Notes under the pieces: generated by a model
The model's input: the letters and a program-made list of their open reading frames with translations, nothing else
The model's database searches: none
What the model was told of the DNA's origin: nothing
Source: an uncultured Chloroflexia bacterium
Lineage (GTDB): Bacteria > Chloroflexota > Limnocylindria > Limnocylindrales > CSP1-4
Assembly: GCA_963795645.1 (NCBI GenBank)
Contig: CAWCIK010000006.1
Location: 1,097,523-1,161,522 of the forward strand
DNA: 64,000 nt
Direction: 5' to 3'
Part shown: in pieces, positions 30,363 to 37,827 of the stretch
Layout: each line of letters begins with the position of its first letter
Numbering within the stretch: position 1 is the first letter of the stretch
Translations under genes and position numbers: made by a program

Positions 30363-31520
30363 ATGAAGATAGGTGTGGTGAAAGAGCGCGCGCCGAATGA
30401 GCGGCGCGTGGCGCTCGTGCCTGACGCGCTCAAGGCGCTCATGGCAGCAGGTGCCGAAGTCCTGGTCGAACAGGGCGCCGGCGACGGCGCGGCGATCCCG
30501 GATCGCCTGTATGAAGATGCCGGCGCCCGCGTCGTGTCTCGCGACCAGCTTTATGCGGACGCCGATGTCGTCGCCCGCGTCCAGAAGCCCGAAGGGGCCG
30601 ATGTCGACTCGTTGCGTGCCGGCCAGGTAGTGGTCGGCATCCTGCAACCGCTGATCGATCCGCAGCTGATGAGCAGGCTGGCCGGCAAGAAGGTCACGGC
30701 CATCTCGCTCGACGCCATCCCGCGCACGCTGTCACGCGCGCAATCGATGGACGTACTCTCGTCGCAGGCCAACGTGGGCGGCTACCGCGCGGTGCTGATG
30801 GGCGCCCAGGAATACGGCCGCTACTTCCCGCTGCTGACGACGTCGGCAGGCACGGCCAAGCCGGCGAACGTGCTCATCCTGGGCATCGGCGTGGCAGGGC
30901 TGCAGGCCATCGCAACTGCGCGCCGGCTCGGCGCGCTGGTCAAGGCATATGACGTTCGCTCCGAGACCAAGGAGCAGGCAGAGTCGCTCGGCGCGCAGTT
31001 CCTGGTCCTGAAGTCCGTTGCCGACGCGTCCGGCAGTGGCGGTTACGCACGCCAGCTCACGCCAGAGGAGCAGGCGGCTCAGCAGGAGGAGCTGAACGGC
31101 TTCATCGCCGGCATGGACGTGGTCATCACCACTGCCCAGGTGCCCGGCCGCCGTCCGCCGCTGCTTGTCACTACCAAGGCCATCGAGGGCATGAAGCCCG
31201 GCTCGGTGATCGTCGACATGGCCGCGTCCGCGCTGGGCGGCAACGTCGAGCTGTCAAAGCCCGATGAGACCGTTGTGACGCCGAACGGCGTGACGATCCT
31301 GGCACCGACGAACTTGCCGGCGACCATGCCGGCCGGCGCGAGTCAGTTCTATGCGCGCAACATGTCGACCTTCCTGCTCCACTTCATGAAGGACGGAGCG
31401 ATGGCCTACGACCCCGCCGAGGAGATCCAGGCGGCCACGGTCATCACCCGCGACGGCGAAGTCGTGCAGGAGGCGACAAAGAAGCTCGTCTCGCCAGCCG
31501 CCCCGGAGGCAACAAAGTGA
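30363..31520 (+). CDS. pntAA: NAD(P) transhydrogenase subunit alpha part 1 (dI)
   Basis: 'KE....ERRVAL.P', 'SQAN.GGY.AV' and 'GVAGLQAIATA.RLGA' motifs. Confidence 0.92.
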   Translation: MKIGVVKERAPNERRVALVPDALKALMAAGAEVLVEQGAGDGAAIPDRLYEDAGARVVSRDQLYADADVVARVQKPEGADVDSLRAGQVVVGILQPLIDPQLMSRLAGKKVTAISLDAIPRTLSRAQSMDVLSSQANVGGYRAVLMGAQEYGRYFPLLTTSAGTAKPANVLILGIGVAGLQAIATARRLGALVKAYDVRSETKEQAESLGAQFLVLKSVADASGSGGYARQLTPEEQAAQQEELNGFIAGMDVVITTAQVPGRRPPLLVTTKAIEGMKPGSVIVDMAASALGGNVELSKPDETVVTPNGVTILAPTNLPATMPAGASQFYARNMSTFLLHFMKDGAMAYDPAEEIQAATVITRDGEVVQEATKKLVSPAAPEATK

Positions 31521-31852
31521 GCCCAGAGCTACTCAACGCGCTGGCGATCTTCTTGCTGGCGATCCTCGTCGGCTTCGAGGTCATCAGCAAGGTCCCCGCG
31601 ACACTGCATACGCCGCTGATGTCGGGCGCGAACTCGATCCATGGCATAGTCATCGTCGGCGCGATGCTCATCGCCGCAGCGGCCGACAACCCGTTCAGCT
31701 ATCTCCTCGCATTCATCGCGATGGTCTTCGGAGCGGCAAACGTCGTGGGCGGCTACGTCGTCACCGACCGCATGCTCCAGATGTTCCGCCGGCGCGAGCC
31801 GGCGAAGGCGCCAGCCGAGACGGCGAGCGCCCCTGCGGCCGAGGGGAAGTAG
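31517..31852 (+). CDS. pntAB: NAD(P) transhydrogenase subunit alpha part 2 (membrane)
   Basis: 'GFEVISKVP..LHTPLMSG.N.I.GI' motif. The GTG start overlaps the pntAA stop. Confidence 0.9.
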   Translation: MSPELLNALAIFLLAILVGFEVISKVPATLHTPLMSGANSIHGIVIVGAMLIAAAADNPFSYLLAFIAMVFGAANVVGGYVVTDRMLQMFRRREPAKAPAETASAPAAEGK

Positions 31853-31856
31853 CCCA

Positions 31857-33323
31857 ATGTCTGACCAGTGGATCTACACCCTCGTCTTCTTCTCCTGGCT
31901 GGCGGCGGCCTCGTCGTTCGTCCTCGGCCTGCACCAGATGAACAGCCCGGCCACGGCGCGCCGCGGGAACCAGCTCAGCGCGGCGGGCATGACGCTCGCA
32001 ATCGTTGTCACGTTCCTGTGGCTGCTCACGCCGGGCAACCCGATCAAGCCGGGCGGCATGGACATCACCGCCATCGCGATCATCTTCGTTGGCTTCGCGA
32101 TCGGCGGCGGCATCGGCCTGTGGCTGGCGCGTTCGGTGGCAATGACCGCGATGCCTCAGCTCGTGTCGCTCTTCAACGCTGTAGGTGGCGGCGCGGCCGC
32201 CCTGGTGGCGATCGATGACTACGTGCACATCGTCGGCTCACCGGAGCTGACAGTGTCCACGGCGGTCTTCGTCGTCCTCGGCGCGGTCATCGGCAGCGTC
32301 ACCTTCTCGGGATCCCTGATCGCCGGCGGCAAGCTCCAGGGTCTGGTGCCCGGCAAGCCCATCACCTTCCCCGGCTCGCGCATGGTCACGGCCCTCACCG
32401 CGGTGATCGCCGCCGTTGGGCTGGTGGTCCTCGTACTCGCTGCTGCGGGCACTCTGGCCATTAGCGCCGATACCCAGCTCGCTGTCCTCGGACTCGTCGT
32501 CCTCGCCGCGCTCACGTTCGGCATCACGCTGGTCCTGCCGATCGGTGGCGCGGACATGCCCGTCGTCATCTCGCTCCTGAACTCATTCACGGGCACGGCG
32601 GCGGCGATGGCCGGCTTCGTCATCGGCAACCCTGTGCTGATCATCGCCGGCGCGCTCGTGGGCGCTTCGGGCGGCATCCTGACCAAGCTCATGGCCGATG
32701 CGATGAACAGGTCGATCACCAACATCATGGTCGGCGGCTTCGGCACGGGCGATGCAGGCGCCGGCGCCGGACCCGGAGGTGCCGACGGTGGCTCGGTGCG
32801 CGAGGTCAGCCTCGACGATGCGGCCATTCAGCTTGCCTACGCCCAGAAAGTGATCATCGTGCCCGGCTACGGCCTGGCCGTGGCTCAGGCCCAGCACGCA
32901 GTGCGCGAGCTCGGCGACCTGCTCGAGCAGCGTGGCGTTGACGTCTCCTACGCCATCCATCCGGTCGCCGGACGGATGCCGGGCCACATGAACGTGCTGC
33001 TGGCCGAGGCCAACGTGCCTTATCCGCAGCTCAAGGAGATGGAGGAGATCAACCCGGAGTTCGAGCGCACCGACGTGGCGCTCGTGGTCGGCGCCAACGA
33101 CGTGACCAACCCCGCCGCCCGATCGAATCCGGCGAGCCCGATCTACGGGATGCCGATCCTGGATGTCGACCACGCCCGGTCGATCATCGTCATCAAGCGC
33201 TCGATGCGGCCCGGTTACGCGGGCATCGACAACGAGCTGTACGCCGACCCCAAGACGGGGATGCTCTTCGCCGACGCGCGCGAGGGTCTGACCCAGCTGG
33301 TCGCTGCCGTCAAGCAGCTCTAG
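31857..33323 (+). CDS. pntB: NAD(P) transhydrogenase subunit beta
   Basis: 'GGADMPVVISLLNS..G', 'YAIHPVAGRMPGHMNVLLAEA' and 'GANDV.NPAA'. Confidence 0.95.
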   Translation: MSDQWIYTLVFFSWLAAASSFVLGLHQMNSPATARRGNQLSAAGMTLAIVVTFLWLLTPGNPIKPGGMDITAIAIIFVGFAIGGGIGLWLARSVAMTAMPQLVSLFNAVGGGAAALVAIDDYVHIVGSPELTVSTAVFVVLGAVIGSVTFSGSLIAGGKLQGLVPGKPITFPGSRMVTALTAVIAAVGLVVLVLAAAGTLAISADTQLAVLGLVVLAALTFGITLVLPIGGADMPVVISLLNSFTGTAAAMAGFVIGNPVLIIAGALVGASGGILTKLMADAMNRSITNIMVGGFGTGDAGAGAGPGGADGGSVREVSLDDAAIQLAYAQKVIIVPGYGLAVAQAQHAVRELGDLLEQRGVDVSYAIHPVAGRMPGHMNVLLAEANVPYPQLKEMEEINPEFERTDVALVVGANDVTNPAARSNPASPIYGMPILDVDHARSIIVIKRSMRPGYAGIDNELYADPKTGMLFADAREGLTQLVAAVKQL

Positions 33324-33369
33324 CCTCGTCTGTACGGCGCGAAGTCGCGCGAAACGCGACTTCGCGCTT

Positions 33370-35448
33370 ATGCTCTCGGCGATGCGAGGTCGTTCGCGCG
33401 GGATCCGCTCGCTCGTCGTGGGCGTGCTGATGGTGTCCTCGTTGCTCGTGGGTCAGGCACTGCTGTTCGCGGGCGTGGCTGCTGCCGCAGACATCACCTC
33501 TCCCGGGCCGCTCACGCATGTCATCGTCACCCCGGATCTGAACTGCCAGGTGGGCCACATCGAGGACGAGCTGTACGAGTTCTTCTCGCCCGGAGATCCC
33601 ACCGGGTCGTGCGGCACGTTCCTCTATGTCGGCGGCACTCTCTTCGGGCCGCAGACGATGCCATCGGGCGGCTTTCCGATCGAGGTCACGCCGTGGACGC
33701 CGGTCGGGCAGTCGGCCGTGACAGGATCGGGCACCAGCAGCGACCCATTCCGCGTCGTGACCACGGTCGATGGGACCGGCACGGGTTTGCGCATCGAGCA
33801 GACGGACAGCTACGTGCTCGGAACACAGCTGTACCGGACGGACATCGTCATCTCGAACAACGGCCAGGTCGCCGAGACCGGCGTCCTCTATCGCGTGGGC
33901 GACTGTTACCTGCAGCAATCGGACATCGGCTACGGCCGCGTCGACGACGGTGGCCCGGCGTGTGTGGCGTCGGCGGCATCTGACGCACGAATCGAGCAGT
34001 GGACGCCGCTGACGCCGGGCAGCCACTACATGGAGGACTACTACGGCTACGTCTACGGCGCCGTGAATGGCCAGCAGCTGCCGGACACCTGCGCGTGCAC
34101 GTACGGTCCGTCCGACGCGGTCGACAACGGCGCAGGCATCTCGTGGGAAATCTCGGTTGCGCCTGGTCAAGCGGTGACGCTCTCGCACGACACGTACTTC
34201 TCGCCGCGTGGCCGGGCACCCTCGACAACCTCCTTCACGCAGTCGGTGCCCGATCCGACCCAGATCACGCTCGATCCGGTCGTCGTGGTCCAGAGTGTCG
34301 CGGTGACCGCCGGCGTGGTCCTGCTCGTGCCCTTCCCGTCGGCACTGTTCAACAGCACGCTCGAGGACAACTACGACGAGGTGATGAGCGGCGTCAATCG
34401 GATCGCCCGCCGCATCCGTGGATGGTGGCAGATGCTCGTCGCGCGGCTTCGATCCGAGCTCGCCCGCCGCCGCCAGGGCGGCACGCCGCCATCGGCTGAG
34501 ATCGCCGACTCGCCCGACCTGGGCACGCATCCACTTGGTGGACCGCTGCCCGGCGTACCCACGCCGGCGCCGGGGCCAGAGCTCACGGCCCGCGCCAGCG
34601 CCATGGCCGCGCCGTCCGTGCCTGGCGCGGCCATGCCCACCACCCCATTGCCTCCCGAGCTCGCGCCGCCTGATGTCTGGCGCACGCCGCTGGGGATCCT
34701 CGCCTTCATCGTTCTGAGCGCGGTCCTGTATGCCTTCCTTGACCCGACCCTCGGCTTCAACCTGACGTCGCTTGCAACCGTGCTCGGTCTCGCGCTGGGG
34801 CTGCTGGTGATCCTCGTTGCCTACGGCGCTCCTCTGGTCCTGTTCGCGCGCAGTCTTCGCATCGGCATCACCGTAAGGGCGCTGCCCGCGACCCTCGCGA
34901 TCGCCGTCATCTGCGTGATCGTGAGTCGGCTGTCCGACTTCCAGCCCGGCTACCTGTACGGCCTGATCATCGGTTTCTTCTTCGTCCACGAGGTCACTGA
35001 GGACGTGGAAGGTCGGGCCGAGGCGTGGGCCGCCGGCTCGTCGTTGGTGGCCGCCGTGGTCGCGTGGATCTTCCTGGCGTTCCTGCGTGGAGGCGCGACG
35101 GACGACGCGTTCACCAACGCACTGCTTCAATCAGCGGCCGTGACCGTTGTCGTTGCCGGGCTCGAGAACGCGGTCTTTGCCATGCTGCCGCTGCGCTTCA
35201 TGCCCGGTGGCGCCGTCCTCGCCTGGAATCGCATCGTCTGGGCCGCACTGCTCGGGTTTGGGATCTTTGGCTTTGCGCATGTGCTGCTCAACCCGAGCGC
35301 GGGGGCGGGCTACATGGCCGACTCGACGCGGACGTCGTTCATCACGATGGTCGTGTTGCTCGCCGTCTTCAGTCTCGCTTCGGTCGCGTTCTGGGCCTGG
35401 TTCAGGTTCAGGCCCGATCCACACCGCGCGGAGGGGCCGGGGCTGTGA
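33370..35448 (+). CDS. Large exported-domain + polytopic membrane protein, unknown function
   Basis: Signal peptide (..LLFAGVAAAADI), a ~300-aa Cys-containing extracytoplasmic domain, a Pro-rich linker, and then at least 6 TM helices containing 'FQPGYLYG' and 'MLPLRFMPGG..L.WNR..W' motifs. Confidence 0.7.
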   Translation: MLSAMRGRSRGIRSLVVGVLMVSSLLVGQALLFAGVAAAADITSPGPLTHVIVTPDLNCQVGHIEDELYEFFSPGDPTGSCGTFLYVGGTLFGPQTMPSGGFPIEVTPWTPVGQSAVTGSGTSSDPFRVVTTVDGTGTGLRIEQTDSYVLGTQLYRTDIVISNNGQVAETGVLYRVGDCYLQQSDIGYGRVDDGGPACVASAASDARIEQWTPLTPGSHYMEDYYGYVYGAVNGQQLPDTCACTYGPSDAVDNGAGISWEISVAPGQAVTLSHDTYFSPRGRAPSTTSFTQSVPDPTQITLDPVVVVQSVAVTAGVVLLVPFPSALFNSTLEDNYDEVMSGVNRIARRIRGWWQMLVARLRSELARRRQGGTPPSAEIADSPDLGTHPLGGPLPGVPTPAPGPELTARASAMAAPSVPGAAMPTTPLPPELAPPDVWRTPLGILAFIVLSAVLYAFLDPTLGFNLTSLATVLGLALGLLVILVAYGAPLVLFARSLRIGITVRALPATLAIAVICVIVSRLSDFQPGYLYGLIIGFFFVHEVTEDVEGRAEAWAAGSSLVAAVVAWIFLAFLRGGATDDAFTNALLQSAAVTVVVAGLENAVFAMLPLRFMPGGAVLAWNRIVWAALLGFGIFGFAHVLLNPSAGAGYMADSTRTSFITMVVLLAVFSLASVAFWAWFRFRPDPHRAEGPGL

Positions 35449-35873
35449 ACGACAGAGTCGAGCTGCAGACAGAGGTCGACGCGCCGCGAGACCTCGTCTT
35501 CCCCCTCGTGGCCACGGCCGACGGCCTGCGTCGCTGGCTGGACGATGCCGAGCTGGACGCCCGGGTCGGTGGTGAGCTGCGCGCAACCTTGATGGATGCG
35601 CACGCGGTCGGCCGCGTCGTCGCCCTGGACCCGCCCCAGCACATCAGCTTTGCGTGGGACTGGGTTGCGCGGCCACTCGGGGCAGCGAGCGTCGTGGCAT
35701 TCGATGTCATCGATCATGGTGCGCGGACGTGGATCACGTTGCGCCACGTGGGCCTGCCCAACGAGGCGCAGGTCGCCTTGCACGACCAGATGTGGCGCTA
35801 CTGGCTCTCGCGTTTCGACGAAGCCTGCGGCGCATTGTCCAAGCGCGTCGTCCGGCCCATTCAGGCCTCGTAG
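35445..35873 (+). CDS. SRPBCC (AHSA1/START-like) domain protein
   Basis: 'F...T..DGLRRW' and 'GG.....D....G.V..LDPP..I.F.W' pattern. The GTG start overlaps the upstream stop (GTGA). Confidence 0.7.
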   Translation: MNDRVELQTEVDAPRDLVFPLVATADGLRRWLDDAELDARVGGELRATLMDAHAVGRVVALDPPQHISFAWDWVARPLGAASVVAFDVIDHGARTWITLRHVGLPNEAQVALHDQMWRYWLSRFDEACGALSKRVVRPIQAS

Positions 35874-36856
35874 AGGGTCGCGGCGCGGGCCAGCTCCGAG
35901 GCGATGTTGGCGCGCAGCTCGGCGGGCTCCAGGACCTCGGCATCGGCGCCCCAGCCCATGATCCAGATTCGAATCTCACGCATGCCGGCGACAGTCGCTC
36001 GCCAGATCATCGAACCGTCAGGCTCGTCCTCCGTCTCCTGGGTCGGATGCCAGCGCGTCTCGGCAGCACGCTTGGCGACTGCCGGCGAGAAACGGATGAC
36101 GACGTCGATCAGCTCGTCGTCGGCGATTACGTCCCACGCCCGGGCGAGCTCGTCGGCGGCCGAGTATCCGTCCACCGGCTCGAAGGTGGCCGGCGTCAGG
36201 GCCGCATCCAGGATGCGCTCGACCTTGAACGTCCGGCGCGCCTTGCGGCCCTCGTCCCACGCGAGCAGGTACAGCGCGTGGGTCAGGGCCGAGGGTTCGA
36301 TGGCCAGCGGCTGGACCTTCGCCCTGCGCGCCGGCTTGGACGCGTCGTAGACGCCGGCGTCGTACTCGATCTGGACCACGCGCCGCTGCGCCCAACCCTC
36401 TGCCAGGACGCGGAACACCTTCGTGAAGCGCGGGTTGGGCGGCGTCCGGCTGAACACGTCCACCGTTGCCTCGATGTGCGCCGCAAGGACCGGTGGCAGT
36501 ACCTGGGCCAGCTTGACGAACGCGCCGATGAGCTCGGTGTCGTGCTCGTCACTCACCTTGGCCAACAGCCGTGCAGCGAGAAAGAGGGTCGTCGCCTCGT
36601 GGAGCGTCAGGGCCAGCGGTGGCAGGAACGCTCCGCGCTCGAGGCCGAACCTGCCGCCGTCCTGCCAGATGGGCAGCCCCGCGTCGGAATCCATTGAGAG
36701 AAGGTCGCGGTAGACGGTGCGCTTCGAGACGCCGATGCGATCGGCCAGGTCCTGTGCGGACAGGCCGTCGGAATGGTCGTTGAGCAGCATCGCGATGCGC
36801 AGGTAGCGCGCTGCCTTGTCCCACTTGGCTCCGCCGCGGTCGGCAATCGTGTTCAC
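35861..36856 (-). CDS. WYL domain transcriptional regulator (HTH-WYL-WCX architecture)
   Basis: N-terminal 'LSAQDLADRIGVSKRTVYRDL' HTH and a WYL core 'YLLAWDEGRKARRTFKVERI'. The C-terminal 'EVLEP..LR' resembles a WCX domain. GTG start. Confidence 0.85.
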   Translation of the reverse strand: MNTIADRGGAKWDKAARYLRIAMLLNDHSDGLSAQDLADRIGVSKRTVYRDLLSMDSDAGLPIWQDGGRFGLERGAFLPPLALTLHEATTLFLAARLLAKVSDEHDTELIGAFVKLAQVLPPVLAAHIEATVDVFSRTPPNPRFTKVFRVLAEGWAQRRVVQIEYDAGVYDASKPARRAKVQPLAIEPSALTHALYLLAWDEGRKARRTFKVERILDAALTPATFEPVDGYSAADELARAWDVIADDELIDVVIRFSPAVAKRAAETRWHPTQETEDEPDGSMIWRATVAGMREIRIWIMGWGADAEVLEPAELRANIASELARAATLYEA

Positions 36857-36915
36857 GCGCTCAAGGTAGCGCGTTGCGGCTTACGCGGGACTTCGCCGTA
36901 CCATCGCCAGCACAG

Positions 36916-37827
36916 ATGAGCCGACGCATGACCTGGGTAGTGACCACGCCCGCCGCGGCACGCATACCGCGCACCGACCAGCGGCCATTCGTCAGCATGC
37001 TCACGGACTGGGGCGCGCGCGACCCATCTGCAGCCATCTGCCATGGCGTGGTTCTGTCGATCGTGCCCGAGGCGCTCATCGTCGACATCACCCACGAGAT
37101 CGCCAAGTACAACATCCGCCACGGAGCGCTGATGCTCTGGTGCGCCCTGCCTTACCTACCGATCGGTGCGCACATGGCGGTGATCGACCCTGGGGTCGGC
37201 ACGAGCCGCCGACCGATCGCGATCGAGACGGCGCGCGGCGACCTGCTCATCGGCCCGGACAACGGGCTGCTCGTCCCTGGCGCGGATCGCCTGGGCGGGA
37301 TCATGCGCGTCCATGTCATCGACAACGTGCAGTACCGCTTGCCCGTGCTGACGCCCACGTTCCATGGCCGCGATCTGTTCGCGCCGGCTGCGGCACACCT
37401 GGCGCTGGGCGTGCCGCTCGAGTCGATGGGGCCCGAGATCGATCCCGGCGAGCTGGTCAGCATCGACTGGCCGCCTGTCGTGGTTCGTGATGGGGAGATC
37501 GAATCGACGGTCATCTACCGCGACTCCTTCGGCAACCTCAAGCTCGCCGGGGTGACCGCCGACCTGCTCGACGCCATTGACGGCCTGCAACACGGCGATG
37601 TGTTGGAGGTGCACTTTCCGGGCCTGACGTCCCCGCCGCTCAGGATGCCCTGGGCGCCGACGTTCGGCGACGTCGCCGAACGTGCTCTCCTTGTCTACGA
37701 AGATTCCTACGGACGGCTGTGCATCGGCCAGAACCGGGGCAACGCGGCCAAGGCGCTGTCAGTTCCCGAGGGCAGCGTGGTCAGGATGCGCCGTGCCGGC
37801 CCGGACGGGGATCAGACGACCGAATAA
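36916..37827 (+). CDS. SAM hydrolase/SAM-dependent halogenase family protein (DUF62, S-adenosyl-L-methionine hydroxide adenosyltransferase-like)
   Basis: 'LTDWG..D.....C.GV', 'IVDITHEI', 'VIDPGVGTSRR', 'GPDNG' and 'TFHGRDLFAP.AAHL' motifs. The start (ATG at 36916 or 36928) is uncertain. Confidence 0.85.
   Translation: MSRRMTWVVTTPAAARIPRTDQRPFVSMLTDWGARDPSAAICHGVVLSIVPEALIVDITHEIAKYNIRHGALMLWCALPYLPIGAHMAVIDPGVGTSRRPIAIETARGDLLIGPDNGLLVPGADRLGGIMRVHVIDNVQYRLPVLTPTFHGRDLFAPAAAHLALGVPLESMGPEIDPGELVSIDWPPVVVRDGEIESTVIYRDSFGNLKLAGVTADLLDAIDGLQHGDVLEVHFPGLTSPPLRMPWAPTFGDVAERALLVYEDSYGRLCIGQNRGNAAKALSVPEGSVVRMRRAGPDGDQTTE

Noticed and set aside
33310-35130. 606-aa ORF on the minus strand
   Set aside because: It runs antisense to the well-supported 692-aa membrane protein gene. 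Its composition is Arg/Asp/His-rich and low-complexity, which is typical of shadow ORFs in high-GC DNA. It has no recognisable motifs.
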